Below, in pieces: positions 11,952 to 25,844 of a DNA stretch of 64,000 nucleotides. The first letter of the stretch is position 1; the number at the start of each line of letters is the position of its first letter. Below the pieces are notes generated by a model. It was not told where the DNA came from. It did not search any database and saw nothing but the letters and a program-made list of their open reading frames with translations. The position numbers and the translations under genes are program-made. Source of the DNA: Owenia fusiformis (taxonomy: Eukaryota); NCBI GenBank assembly GCA_903813345.2, contig CAIIXF020000001.1, forward strand, positions 20,274,001-20,338,000, read 5' to 3'.

Positions 11952-12774
11952 AGTTCCAATATTCCACTACACTTCTTGATATGAATATTATGATGGCCTC
12001 TGTTCGATTTAGAGACAATCTGATGTTGGAACCAAATTAAATGGAAATGTGCCAATATATAAAAATGCAAAGAAGTATAGAAATGATTTTATTTATTAAC
12101 AATTTATCTTCCTGACTTTTAAAGTATAATATATGAAACACTTGGGGTTAAATAAATCAACTTCAAGATACAAAGTTGGTTAAGTTTGATATATACATGT
12201 ACATACCATATATTACACTGATTATAACATAAAATCATGAAATTTTATTTCCTAGTAGATTGATATTTTATTGCATATTCAATACAATAACATATTTCAA
12301 CATGTACAGCTTTCATCGTGTTCATTTACATCATTGTAATACATAAATAATTAAGCAATTATATCTAAATATATCTTTATATTCCTTAACCTTTAATAGG
12401 GGTCAAGTAATGATCACAAAGACACTTTCACCTTTTTTCACAAAAGAAAGCGTCGGCCAGAAAATTGAAAATACAATTTGGAAGGTGTTCAAGATATTCT
12501 GGATCTTGTTGTTTTTAAAATGATTAAAATTGGAATTGTGCAGAAAGAGTAGCACCCTAAATAGCATTAATGGTTTTCTCCTAACCATGTCACATTAGTT
12601 TGAAATGTGTCATCTGAATATTGCAGGCTTCATCATCTGATTTCTGAAAGGTTTACAAGTACCAATTGAACAATGTTGTCATCATAAATCTGAATTAAGG
12701 AACAAGGAATCTTTAAATTATGGACAAATCATTTAAAATGATCTCATGTTATCCTGATCCAAGCTTGATCAGCC

Positions 12775-13943
12775 TTTTAATCACACCATCGGTGGGATAT
12801 AGTCGTCATACTGGTCGTGGTCGTTGTCGTGGTCGTGATCGTGGTCGTGGTCGTGATCGTCCCGCTTTTTGTCATCGCCGTTTAAGGAAAACTGCTCATC
12901 AGATTTTCTCCAAATTCGCAGAGATGATAGAGCATATGAAGTACTAGAGCTGATTTACTTTTGGGTGGCCATCTTGTTTTCTGGCAGCCATTTTGAAGGT
13001 TTTTCGAAAAATCTTGTCATCGCCATTTCAGGAAAACCGTTCATTGGATTTCCTTCAAATTTACACAAATGATAGAGGATATCAAGTACTAGAGCTGATT
13101 AACTTTTGGGCGGCCATCTTGTTTTCTGGCTGTCATTTTGAAGATTTTTCAAAAAATCTTGTCATCGCCATTTCAGAAAATCCGCTCATCAGATTTCTTT
13201 CAAATTTACACACATAATAGAGGATATCAAGTACTAGAGCTGATCAACTTTTGGGCGGCCATCTTGTTTTCTGGTGGCCATTTTGAAGGTTTTTCGAAAA
13301 ATCTTGTCATCGCCATTTCAGGAAAACCGCTAATCGGATTTCCTTCAAATTTACACAAATGATAGAGGATATCAAGTACTAGAGCTGATTAACTTTTGGG
13401 CGGCCATCTTGTTTTCTTGTTCTTCAAATTTGTAAACATAATAGGAGAACAGTTTTCCTGGTTCATAGTGTCTGCCTGTGATCTCGTTCACGTCCTGTGC
13501 CTTGTTCCTAAAAGAACGTAACCTTTGATAACTCAAATACCAGTTGATGGATTAGGTTCAAATTATATATGCTGATGCTTAGAGACAAAGAAGTTCTGCT
13601 CAAGAAGACATTTTCAAGATGGCCACTGAATTTCAAAATGGCCGCCATTTTTCGTAAAAACAACATAATCATTGATAACTCAAATACCAGTGGATGGACT
13701 TGGTTCCAATTTTATATGCTGATGTTTAGGGAAAAAAGAGATCTGCTTCAGAAAAATTTCAAAGGCATCAGCTGAATTTCAAAATGGCTGCCATTTTTCA
13801 TGAAAGAACTCAAATACCATTGGATGGATTTACTTCAAATTTTATATACTGATGCCTAGTGATAAGCTTAGCCTAGCCTATTTATAAAAACATGTTTTTT
13901 TCGGTGGGATTTGCTACTCCGTGGAGTTGCTGTTTTTCTAGTT
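12775..13943 (+). mobile_element. HINE-type element with 145-bp tandem core repeats
   Basis: 5' TTAATCACACCATCGGTGGGATA, (GGTCGT)n microsatellite, about 3.5 units of 145 bp (12880-13415), and 3' GGTGGGAT plus stem-loop GCTACTCCGTGGAGTTGC. Confidence 0.75.
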
Positions 13944-14327
13944 TCATGTTTTTAGTCAAACAAACATCCATCATTCATTATTTGTGCCTTTCTTGACCTT
14001 CCAGTCCCTCTATTGAACATGCTTTAGCATGTCTACACTCTTTAAGTTTATATTTGAAAATACTTTCTAGACTTAAATGAATGTGACTTAGCATTTGGGT
14101 CCTCGAGACTTATGGATTAGCCTCTTGGTAACTGAAGGTTTGACATTGCAAGTTAAAGGAACCGAACAAGCAGCTTCCCAAGCTGTTCAAGATCTGAATG
14201 ACACATTCATTCAATAATAAGTTCCAATTGATATAAAATATGGTAAAACTATTACATGTTCTACATATGTTTCATGTATTTTCTCTTTCCATAAGCCTAT
14301 AATTTAAATTTAATATATTTGTTCCAG

Positions 14328-14555
14328 AAAAGTCGAGAGACAATTAGCAAACTGGCTGACTTTGCCGAGTCCTCACAGGAAGAAATGAATGTTACAAAAC
14401 AAAACTTTAAGAAACAATTACAAGCTGAGAGAGACCACTCGTGTTTTACAGAGAAAAAGTATGCTCAATTAATGGAATCTAGTGCAAGACAAATGCAGGC
14501 ATTGACTCAGGAGCTAGACTTCATTAGAAAACATTCCCGATTTAATGATGAATGA
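14328..14555 (+). CDS. Terminal coding exon of the CCDC150-like coiled-coil gene
   Basis: gttccag| acceptor, phase 0, joining in frame to exon 4899-5087 (..AQEMIR|KSRETISKLA..). Heptad-like sequence ending in TGA at 14553-14555. Confidence 0.72.
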   Translation, partial: KSRETISKLADFAESSQEEMNVTKQNFKKQLQAERDHSCFTEKKYAQLMESSARQMQALTQELDFIRKHSRFNDE

Positions 14556-14814
14556 TTCCAAGATGTAATGATAAAATGAGTCCAACATTTCAACAGTTGT
14601 GCAAAAAAACATTGACTTGTTTGAAGGGATAATGACAATTTTGTTTAAAATAATGTTAATTTCCATATCCGGGAAGTAAACCTATTATCATGATTTTTTG
14701 CATTAATATCTGTTAGATATATATCTGGCAGTCCACTCACAAAGCAAAACAGAAAAAAAAATTCCCCATTGTTGGTATTTGAAAACTATCCCCTCCTGAA
14801 CCAAGCATATATAT

Positions 14815-15632
14815 AGGGTGTCTCAAAAAAAACGAGACACTTTTTGACAAGTATTTTCTCAGCAACTGATCAACCAAATTCACCGAAAATTTATACAAAT
14901 AGCCTAAGAGCATCATTAGCAAATTGTGAAAATATAAAAATGATCAAGTAATTATTCTGTGAGAACTAAGAAATTCAAAGTAGCATGTCAAAAATCCCCA
15001 TATCAGAGCTCTGCGATGAGACCGCTATAGTGTTTGTACCACCTATCAGGTGATAGCAACTGCTAATCAGTCAAAATAGCTTGCCTATGTGTTAGGTCTA
15101 CTTAAAATTCATTTCATTCTTCCCAAATATCCAAAATCCATTCATTCTCCAAATTAATTGGAGGTGATATTGTTAGAATAAATACGGAAAAGTATTTTTG
15201 CTTGGAAATGGATTAGTAATCGAATTTTACATTGATATTGGTTATTTTGACATACTGTCTTTAATTCAAAAATACACACATAATATGAGACCAATCTCTT
15301 ACATATTCGTAGCACTAGCAGTGCCTCACTAGTGCCTCAGGTAAAGTTTTCCCAAAATTTGGCTCATCTATAGCTGAGAAATTACTTGTCAAATTGCTTC
15401 CCATTTTTTGGTACAAACACTATAAAATTCTCACTGCGATGCTCCGGTATGGGACATTTTGACATGCTATCTTATAGTTCTCACATAATATTAACCCAAT
15501 CTTTTTTATATTTATACAACTTATATTTATGGCAATACTCATGGGCTACTTTGTACGAATTTTCAGTAAATTTGGTTCATTAGTTGCCGAGAAAATACTT
15601 GTCAAATAGTGTCTCATTTTTTGGGACACCCG
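14815..15632. mobile_element. Tc1/mariner-type MITE
   Basis: Long imperfect TIRs AGGGTGTCTCAAAAAAA..GACAAGTATTTTCTC / GAGAAAATACTTGTC..TTTTTTGGGACACCCG, with TA flanks. Confidence 0.75.
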
Positions 15633-18079
15633 ATATATGTACAGCCACTTTTGATACATATAATATAATGTTTAGAGGTGTGAATTTAAGCCTACTGGTT
15701 AGGTTAAAAATGACATCCATAATATATTTAATATTTACTGAAAAAATATGTAATGCAAAATGTAATAAATAGAATTATGAGTAAAATATGTTGATCCATG
15801 GGCTTTCAACTAGATTTTTTTATGTCACCACATCAAGTGGTGACATATTGTTATAATGTCCAAAATTGTTGAGAACAGTGTTCGGCGATTGGGAGTTGAC
15901 GTATTAACAAATAGCAGGTGTTGACATTTTACATGTTAATGCCTTGTTTCGTGATGTTTAAATAGTAGGATGTACTTTCAATTTGGCCCAGTTCTTTCTT
16001 AAACAGAACTTATTCCCCTACTTTGAATTGAAGCTTCTCCTTTTTGATGTGTATACGTCTACTTTTTGGTTGAATATGGTGAGGGAGTGAATAGAACAGC
16101 CAACTTGAATTTTGAAATCTAAAAATGACCTTGGGTGGATTGTTGGTTATATAATGCAATACAGTAACATAAAATAGCGTGTTCTGATTGGCTGGAATTG
16201 GACACACTTTGCCTGGTTATGTGAGAAGGAAGATGTTAGATCATGTTGATCATTAAACAAGTTACACGCCATTCATCCTGAAAACAACTCGCAGATAAAG
16301 CGAAGTTAACTTTGCATTAAAATATTTCTGATATTTATAAATTATTGCAGAGTTTAAATTTGTGCCTAACCTACTGACACAGACCAAGGACGTCTATTGC
16401 ACAGACGTATGTCATTCCTGAAGTCATACTAAGCATACATGTATCTACACGTTTTCTGAAGAGGTACTCATCAGCTGCACGTACGCAAATAAACATTGTG
16501 TCTTTTTAAATAGATCTCACACGCTCAGATACTCGAAGCTATCAATAATAAGAACAATTCAAAGAAGACCAAAGTACAGTTTTTACCATACCGTACACCT
16601 CTATTAGCGATTATTCGTAAAGAACAATGACTATAGACACCCCTGGGGTCACTTAACATTTTTTGAAAAATGCAATGTCGTTAATTTCCTTGATATGTAG
16701 GATCAAATTGTAGATAAATATGTATATTTTCAAGAAATAGCAATAAAAAACATTCAAGATTACTGATATTAGTATATTTTGGTTGATTTGGGAGGTATGT
16801 ATCACTTCCTGTGAAAATGTGAATTTTTTATCAGTCTCAGAAAATGTCTCCAGAATGTATAAACCCAACTTGGCAGAAGTCCCATTGTTTGATTGTGTCA
16901 CTCTAAACACTCATTGGATTAATATTTTGTACACATAAATAGTCACTTTTCAATAGTCATTGAGTAGGGATTAGTTACCGGTATGTTTGCAATTGTGTTG
17001 ACCTACTTATTTTTAGAGAGAGGAAGGTCATGATAAACTCTTGCTTTGTTCATATAACGCTTGGTTCGTACCTAGAAAGTTATATGTAGTAAGGGAATAG
17101 TGTACTTCTAAGGTACATCTTGAGATATATAAAAATCTAGGTAAGGACCAAGCGTTGTGCAAAAATAGAACTTTTATGCAATTTTCAGCATGAAATAAAA
17201 TGATATCAGCCATTTTGAAAATGCTTAGAATGATTGTGACAATTGTGTTTTATATATTCAAGTATATTTTCTTATTTCATATTATAATTTCAGGAACTAA
17301 TAGTTATGCTTGCACTGAAGCATGACCTCTAGAGAAGCATTTATTTTTCCCTGGTCTAAACAACATAGCAACATGCAGACATGTACTTCCTTTCTATACA
17401 TTCATATAAATGTACATGCAAAATTGAGATGATTGTTGTACAATCATTTAATCTTCATATGACAGACATCATTTCAGTCAATGAATATTTTTTTATATTA
17501 TCATAGTTCACTGGCTGGTCATACCAATGTTCATATTTAGAAATCCAGCTCAACCTTATTGTGCAGAAGAAATATACTGTAAGTCACAATCAGTAAAACG
17601 ACATTTGCTAATAAAATGCCCAAAGCAAAGGGAACTGTATGAGTGAACTGCAATCACTCAATACCCCCTATATGGAGACAGAGGGGTTACATCTAAATCG
17701 TAGTGGACTCTTTTGAGGACTTCCCAATTTTGACTGAAGACGATGTATGTCAACTCACTTTTGTTGGTGTTGTTCATGCCCAGTTAGGAGTACAAGAGAT
17801 ATAAAAGCAAAAAGAACTGCACAAAGTTTGACATTTTAAAATCAAAAGATACGTCTGAAATGTTGTCATCTGAAGGAGATGATGATAGCTCATAGAGTCT
17901 CTTATTATAATGAACAAACACATGAATGCGCTCAACTACAGAAAAACAACAGTTATGTGAAGTCCAGGGTAACCTTTTAGAAATTGTTATATTTTATGTG
18001 AAATAATAAATTCAGTATTTCACTGCCACTTTAATGCAAACTGTATATGAGCAATTGCTCTAAAGAAAGCTGATCAATA

Positions 18080-19072
18080 CAATGCGTATCAAAAAAACGC
18101 AACAGATTGTTATCTCGGAAAAGCACAAAACCAGTGATAACAGCATTGATTTCATTCAATGCACCATAAAGCCACGTGTCTCCTCTTTACAATGATATAT
18201 CATTCATTGATATTTAGGTATGGTTGAGCGAGTAATCATTCCATTTGCAAAGTGGGCCAAAATTAGCTTTGGACCAAGTTATAAACATCGCAAAAGTCAA
18301 TGTACGGAGCCCGATGCAATATTGGAAGAAAACATAAAACCAATGCTGACTGCATCCTTTTCATTCAATGTACCAAAAAGCCAAATTACTCCTCTTTGCA
18401 ATGGAATATCATTCATTCACAGGGAGTCATGATTGGCCGAATAATAACTAATTTTGCAAAGTGGGGCAAAATTCAGCTCGGACCTAGAAGTTTTAAACAT
18501 TGCAAAAGTCAGTACAAAGGGCATAGGGGCTATTGGAAGAAGGTGTGACAGGTGTGTGATAGACAGTAAATTGTTCATACTCATACTCTTGCAAGTATAC
18601 ATCCTATAACCCCTCCAAATTGCCACCACTTTCCTGCACATAAGGATGCGCTCATCTGTCAATGTCATGCATGGTTCAGCCTTGAGTCATCTGTGGGTTA
18701 AAGCAGAGAAAAGCAGCCCATGGGCAATTCTTTCTCGAGGTTTTGCAATATCTTGTGGAGGAATTGTGAGCACAGATGCTCCTGAGATAGCTCCAAAAGA
18801 AAAAGTCACAACAATTCAAGTCAAGGGAACTTCCATTGGCACTTAGCCCTTGTACTGATTTTTGCAATATCTAAAACTTGGAGCAGAGCCGATTTTGACC
18901 CACTGTGCAAATGGAAGGATTTCTCACCCAACCATTACATGTGAATGAATGACATATCATTGCAAAGAGGAGAGACGTGGCTTTATGGTACATTGAATGA
19001 AATTGATGTAGTCATCATTAGTTTTGTGATTTTACGAGATAACTACTTGTTGCGTTTTTTTGATACGCCCTG
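18080..19072 (-). mobile_element. Decayed Tc1/mariner-superfamily element
   Basis: Long TIRs (CA..GCGTATCAAAAAAACGCAACA / TGTTGCGTTTTTTTGATACGCCCTG) with TA flanks. The minus-strand remnant SLDLNCCDFFFWSYLR resembles the SPDLNP.DFFLWGYLK transposase motif. Confidence 0.75.
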
Positions 19073-20185
19073 TAGTATAATTGATTGATACGCATTTTTG
19101 ACTTGTTAATTACTTCATGTGTTTTTCAATGTTGCCCCTTGTTTTTTCTCATTGTGATGTAAATTAAAAAAACTCAATATTCTTTTCTGACACATTTTTG
19201 CAAACTTTTTGTAGACAATTGATTTCAATAAAGTATAAAGAAGATCACTATTCAGTATTTTTTGCATTTTTGACTTGTTATAATTTATGTGTTTTCGAAT
19301 GTTGCCCATTATGCTTTGTCACTATTAACTAAGATAGTACCAAGATGATCAATTAAGAAAGTCTTAAATGATACTAAATAATGATTATTTTGATAATAGA
19401 TAGAAACAGTGACAATAATGATGTGAAAAGAGTGATTTTTCCTTCAAAAGGTCATTTTATACATGTTAATAGAATGACCTATATTTTGAAATATAAAGGT
19501 CAGAATGGCCTAATTTTTAAACCTGGTTATCAAACAAAGTCCTTTCTTTGATATTCTGTACAATTTCTTCTAAATATATTGGGGGCTAGTATAGGGTCTT
19601 AAAGACACCTGTCCTTTTGTCAATAAAATTAAATCTTTCAGATTTGTTGGGTTTTCGCTGGAAATAAAAATCGACCTTCGCGCTAGTTTTTGACACATTG
19701 GTTGATTGAAGAATCCAATAATTGTATAGGAAAAATGCAATCCATTTACATATTTTTAAGTCGTAATAATTTAATTTGTATAATTTACAGACATATTTGA
19801 TAATGTAACGTAACGATCAGAAATGTTTTAAAATTAAAAAAGTAATAATACTGCACGTTATATATAGACTAATACCACTGTCTTAAGCCTCTTGTAGCGC
19901 CCTTTAAGAAGGCGTGTCTCTCCGCGTATTTATTGTTTTTGTGTGCATCTTCTACTCTGTAAATATTCATGAATGTGACAAATGTCAAGACACACTGGTA
20001 AGCAGATACAATGCATCATTATTTGAGTTACGAAAAATCCCCTTTTTTCAAAGTGATGGCCATGTGGAGAAAAATAAAAAACTATAATAAAACTATAAAC
20101 TATTACATAGAATAGTGTCATGTTTTGCGTATGTAATTTATAATTACCTTTATTTAAGATTATGTCGAGGCGGAGTCTCTATTGA

Positions 20186-21277
20186 TTAAAATTTCAACTT
20201 TTTCCAAAGTTCTCCTAAGCTCTCTGGTTTTCCTTCTACCAGAATAAACATATATTGATTTAAGCTTGTTCTGTCTAAATCCCTATATTTTTCCCACTTG
20301 GCTCCCCCAGGGCCTACAATCCCTGTCAATTTGGTGCTGTCTGTGTGCTTTAGCCCTGCCGTCTTAGCTAGTATCCCTGTTACATAAACATCATCCACAG
20401 AAAGAAACCTCGTGTATTGACGCAATGCCCCGTGTATCTTTATAAATGCATTCTTAGAAAGTACAAATGCCAACCCTGGGCAAAAATCGGGAAATATATC
20501 TGGATCATGAACATCATACTCATCTTCTGAAACCTGGTTTTTATATCGTTTATCTCGGATGACTCCACCTCCGTGTCTCACCCTGCACATCAATAGGTTC
20601 TCTGTCTTATTCTTATCCTCCAGTTCCACAAGTGTTTTAATGAGAATCGGAATGTTAACAAATACATCATCGTCTGTCTTAATAATGTACCTTGTATTTG
20701 AGCAATAGGTGTTGACCCAAGTTAGCCCCATCCTAGCCTTATATGTAAGATTAAGATAGGTGTCTCTGAAGGTCCCTTGTATGATGTCATGATGAATGGT
20801 GCTTTCATTATGAATGCCCTTATTGATTTTGGAATCATTGCTGTGTCCTAATAAGAACACTACTGTAATATTGTAATCACGATACTGCGTTCTGCCTCCC
20901 CAGGTTGAACGAATTATATCCCTGCGGTTCTTATGATTCGGCGCAGTATGGATGTAGAATAGTATGTCTGTATTATTATTCCTACAGAGGCTTTCCTCAT
21001 TAATGATGTACGTTGATTTGAACCAACTCTGTGGTGTTGGTAAATCAACAGTATTCTGCTGGATGCTTGTCTTTAAATCACTCATATTGTTTTTCATATC
21101 ACCGGTGGTCATTTTTAAGATTTTTTCTGTAACATCATCCCTATCATCCACGTTCCCATCTTTAGAAATAAAATTGGTAGTTTCGCCGAAAGACTTATGC
21201 GTCAATTTCCTTGTTATTAATATGCACATTAATGTACTCAGAACTGTCACAGTAACTAATATTTGAGAGAGCTTCAT
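20186..21277 (-). CDS. Beta-1,3-galactosyltransferase-like protein (GT31 / Galactosyl_T), type II membrane, intronless
   Basis: N-terminal anchor and motifs RRDIIRSTWG, DIIQGTFRDTYLNLTYK, KTDDDVFVN (DxD), FPDFCPG, DDVYVTG. 363 aa. Confidence 0.95.
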   Translation of the reverse strand: MKLSQILVTVTVLSTLMCILITRKLTHKSFGETTNFISKDGNVDDRDDVTEKILKMTTGDMKNNMSDLKTSIQQNTVDLPTPQSWFKSTYIINEESLCRNNNTDILFYIHTAPNHKNRRDIIRSTWGGRTQYRDYNITVVFLLGHSNDSKINKGIHNESTIHHDIIQGTFRDTYLNLTYKARMGLTWVNTYCSNTRYIIKTDDDVFVNIPILIKTLVELEDKNKTENLLMCRVRHGGGVIRDKRYKNQVSEDEYDVHDPDIFPDFCPGLAFVLSKNAFIKIHGALRQYTRFLSVDDVYVTGILAKTAGLKHTDSTKLTGIVGPGGAKWEKYRDLDRTSLNQYMFILVEGKPESLGELWKKLKF

Positions 21278-21718
21278 TTTCCTTTAATTTAATTATTAGT
21301 ATGCATTAATGTTTTAAAATGTAAGTTTATCATCCTCTTATATTCACCTCTATTGAAACAAGACGGTTATTTTCTCTATGATATCCTTATATATTTTTTC
21401 TTTTGTTTCCTAGCACTGTCGCCAATATAGCATTGCGCCTCTCTTGTATTTCGTTTTTAATATAACTCCCTCTCAGTTTTTATATACAGAATGTACGTAT
21501 AAATATCCGGCTGCAGTGATATGCTATTCCTGTATTCATTGACTTGACATTCAAACTATTCTAGACCCAGTGACCCCAGTGAACGGCGAAGATAGTTATA
21601 ATAGTCCCTGCGCTGATTTGGAGTTATGGCGATTACTTAAAAATAATAGGATTTGTGATCATTTGTTGAATAGCTTAGTCTTATCTAGACTTTGGACATA
21701 TTGGAAAAGGTTTTACGT

Positions 21719-23147
21719 CACGCCTTACCATCGCGTAAGCAGGTGTCACCGTACAGCGTCAAAAAATAGCGGAGTACAGTTTTCTGTACGGTAACGCAAA
21801 TTAACTGCTTTGAAGCAAAAACTATGACAAGGGTTTAAAAAAATTAATTTGATGAAAACTAATACGATTTCATGTGAAATAAAAACAGCATTCTCTTAGA
21901 AATGGTTTAAACTTACTGATTATGATAAACGTTTTACGAGCACTGTTCGGATTTTTTCTGAGTGAATCGGCCCACATAATCGACCCAAGTGAAAAAAGGT
22001 TGTTTTTTCACATTTCGTTTGGTTATTATTTTCCCTGCCGTCTGAGAGTATGGATTATTTTTATGAGAATATGTATTTGTTGACTACACATTTTAGAACG
22101 GGCGAAGATTCAGCAAACAACCATGTATTATGTATATTTAAAAAAGATCAAATTTGTACGGTCACGCACCAGCTGTACGGTGACGCTATGCTTTGATGAA
22201 CTAAATGAGACTAAGATTGTATGAAATGGAAACTCTGGAGTATGATCATTTGTTCATATATAGCGCATGGGCGCTACAGTTCAACGATATCTTCCACCGC
22301 TTAATGGAAGGTAACTGGAAATGTATGATACGGTAAAGATCATGAAACCAAAAACTCTCTTGTTGCTATGTTATTGATGTTTTAAAACAAGGGATGTCAC
22401 AAGTAAATCTCATCTTGCACGTGTGACTTTTTAGGATGAAAGATGCAATATCTTGCATGGGGTAAAGATGGCTGTGTAGGCTATCTTTGTTAGTCATATG
22501 AGAAAAGTCTGGTTTAGTTCAAATGATACCAAAGCATTACGTCAACTTTCAAATAGTTAATTCCATGAAAACTAAAAATATCGAAATTAATACTTCCTGT
22601 CCGCCATCTAAAATGCGAAGGTGACGGCTGTAACCTTCGCTTGATACTTACCAGTGATAATGTACATGTAGATATGACGCTTCTTTACCTCTTGTTCGAA
22701 CAGTAAGCTTAGAGCACTTCATAAAATCTAAGGAAGCGTCACCGTACAGCTGATGCGTCACCGTATAGTTCTGATCTTTTTTGAATAAATACACTGAATG
22801 ATTTTTTGCCGAATATTCATCTGTTCTAAAATGTGTAGATAACAAATACATAGTCTCATAAAAATAATCCATACTCTCAGACGACAGGGAAAATAATAAC
22901 CAAACGAAAAGTGAAAAAAACAACATTTTTCTCTCGAGTCGATTATGTGGGCCGATCCAGTCAGAAAAAATCCGAGCAGTGCTCGAAAAACTTTTATCAT
23001 AATTAGAAAGTTAAAACCATTCCTAAGAGAATGCTGTTTTTATTACACCCGAAATCGTATTTATTTTCATCTAATTAATCTTTTTAAAACCCTCATTATA
23101 GTTTTTGCTTCAACTCAGTTAATTTTCGTCACCGTACAGAAAACTAC
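21719..23147. mobile_element. Long-TIR element related to 33006-34272, right end missing
   Basis: Starts CACGCCTTACCATCG. 21775-22188 and 22735-23147 are inverted copies of each other. Confidence 0.65.
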
Positions 23148-23303
23148 TACTAATAAGTTTCTCAAGTAGAATAATCCCTTGCCTTAAATTATTTTTTAAA
23201 GTTCATTATCACAATCACTACCAATCTACCCTAACGTGTTGTCTACATTATGGAGCCAGGTAACAGTCTTGAAGCAAGTTTAGTGTCAAGCTTGTAGTTG
23301 TAT

Positions 23304-24490
23304 CAAGGGAAAAATCAATACCCGGTGATTTCAGCGGGAAGTGGCGTTTCGTTCAGTGGATGAGCTGCGCGCGCACGCATAAATGTGATTATCCAATATA
23401 TTAGGGGAGGGCTATTTGAAATAGTTTTTGGTCTCAGGCGCGACCCAGGGCTGTTGTCTTAAGGACATTTCGTTGAAAATGAGCCATTCAGCTGATAATT
23501 GGTAAGAGTTTGCAATCTTATAATGTATAACTGTTACCCAGACACATATTTTGCCACGATTCTGTTGGAAATAAGCTTTGAACTGAGAGATATTTACGAT
23601 TGATATGCTCATTTTTGATTGTGCCATTGCTTTTCCATTGCACAATCCATGTATTGATAGAAGTTACATTGATAATGCAGATTGGTTTACCTTCAATACA
23701 TGACAGACACTACATATCGGTCTATTAAATACCAGTTTGTGCCTTAAATAGTTTTATATTTCCATCCACGGCCTGGAGCCTGGGTGTGTTTGTCTCTAAT
23801 GTGTATGCTTGTGCATGGACTTCTAATCACTAGCAGAATTTAACATGATGCAAACTCGACATTATAACTCATGCTGTAACATTTTGACTTCGCTTGAAAA
23901 CAATAGGAATTATTTTTCTTGCCAATCAATCATGAATCACAATCAAAATTTCAGAATGATCAATCAGGCAATGGTCCAAATCAAGTTATAACATTATATG
24001 ATATTCAGCAAGTCCGGTAGAAATACAGAATATTTAAACATCAAAGCTGAAAGTTAAAAGCTAATCTGTCAATTTTCTGTCTGCAAAAGAGCGTTTACAT
24101 TTGTCACAGTAACAGACTGAAACTTTGAAATCTAGGATTCCCCATGAAAATATGACGTCATACTAATTAGCATAAGGATTTCCCTATTGGTCTGGGTCGA
24201 GCCTTGTTCGAAAACACAATCCAAATACATGCTAATTTCTAAGGAGATAGGAAGTGTATAACGTGTTTATCGATTTTGTTTAAAGATTTAATCAATTATC
24301 AAATTGTTTAAGTGGATAAAGTGGTCACACTTGCTTCAGTTCATAGCGCAATCGACGGATAGAAACTGACCGAATTCCCGATATCCTACCCCGTATTACT
24401 GTAGGCTATTAAGCACAGTGACCTACAGAGGGCGCTATCACAAACAAGTACTGCACGAACCAATAAATTCCCGGGCATTGAACGCCCTTG
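23304..24490. mobile_element. Non-autonomous P-superfamily-like element, copy 1
   Basis: Ends CAAGGG..CAATACCCGG / CCGGGCATTG..CCCTTG, flanks GTTGTAT / GTTGTAA. Inverted copy of 28072-29274. Confidence 0.75.
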
Positions 24491-25844
24491 GTTGTAAAGG
24501 GGCGTGGCACATTACACTTCAGTTGTTGAACTTGTTGCTAGGGTCAAATAGAAAATGTGCATCATTATAGCAAAATGTGTTATTCTAAATCAATCTTAAC
24601 ACTATATGTGACATCATAATATGCTAAATATATCCATTATCTACCATTTTATATTTTTTACAGCCTATCATTGCCATACCCCATAAAACCGTTTAGGGTA
24701 TGTGTGGTCAGCAATACGAAATACATGTATGTGTACTAATAACATTTTTTAAAATTGTATTTCAGATGCCATTATATCCTAATGTTGTTCATCTAGCTAT
24801 GGTATGTTAAGAATGAATAATCATGTAATGATGATAATATGTTATATTACACTCCCCATCATAAGTTTTGTAACTGGAAGTCCCCCTTTGAATCACTTAT
24901 CAAAGCTTGGCATGCTGTTTGGCAAATTTAAACAAGACATCATGCTTTTGAAATGAAGCAATGAGGAACAAAATCAAGGTTCAAACATTGACAGACCTTG
25001 ATATGTTATCATATAAAAACTTGCAGTTGCCAACCTTATGGAGGGGGTGTATATGCTTTGAATTATATGTGTCATGAATTGTTTAGTTGTAGAAACCCGA
25101 AGCCAAAGGAAATAATAGTGCTTTACATTCTCTCCAAGTGATCAATTCCGTGGCACTGGGTTTGTTGACATTACTTATATGATATGTGACATTACGGGAG
25201 TTTGGTCCTAAGGCCAACATATTCCAATGGCGCAGAATCCCATTCGCCCCATCAAGTCCCACCACGCCATATCGAGTCCGACAATTTCCCATAACTTTGC
25301 CCCATGAGTCTCATCGAGTCCCTCCATATCCCATCGAGTCCCAAGGAAATGATGTAATTTAGTTTAGAAGGGACTCAATGGGGCTTCATGGGGCAAAGTC
25401 CCAAGGAATCCCAAGGAGTTCCATTGATCAAAGCTCAATGAAGTCCAACGGATTTCCATGAGGTCCCACCCAATGTTAAATCAATGGAGGGCCCACCATG
25501 TTGTATCGGTGTATGTTTGGCTTTAGAGAAGTAACTTCCTCTGTTTACATTCATCAAAACGTTAAAAAGAAAAAGTTGTCAAAACTGTGTAAGAGCGTGA
25601 TTATTTGAACCTATTTCACTTGTTTTCTACGGATATTTTAGTTTTACACGAACTGAGCTGGCCAGTGCCATTCATAATATCTTCTAATAAACTTTTTCTC
25701 CTGCATTCATGACCACATATTACTATAGAATCCATAGGATTCTAGGAGATGAGCCATTCCATGGTAGCACTTGGCCTTGGATTGAATGTCTTTAACTGGT
25801 GAATAGGTTTATTATGAAGGGGGTTCCATGATAGCATATATAAT

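Noticed and set aside
12720-13775. Repetitive ORFs (GRGRDR..., FWAAILFSG..., KMAAIF)
   Set aside because: They are translations of the HINE microsatellite and 145-bp tandem units, not genes.
17480-17960. Possible transposase relic (EDFPILTEDDVCQLTF)
   Set aside because: Too degraded to assign a family or ends without a search.
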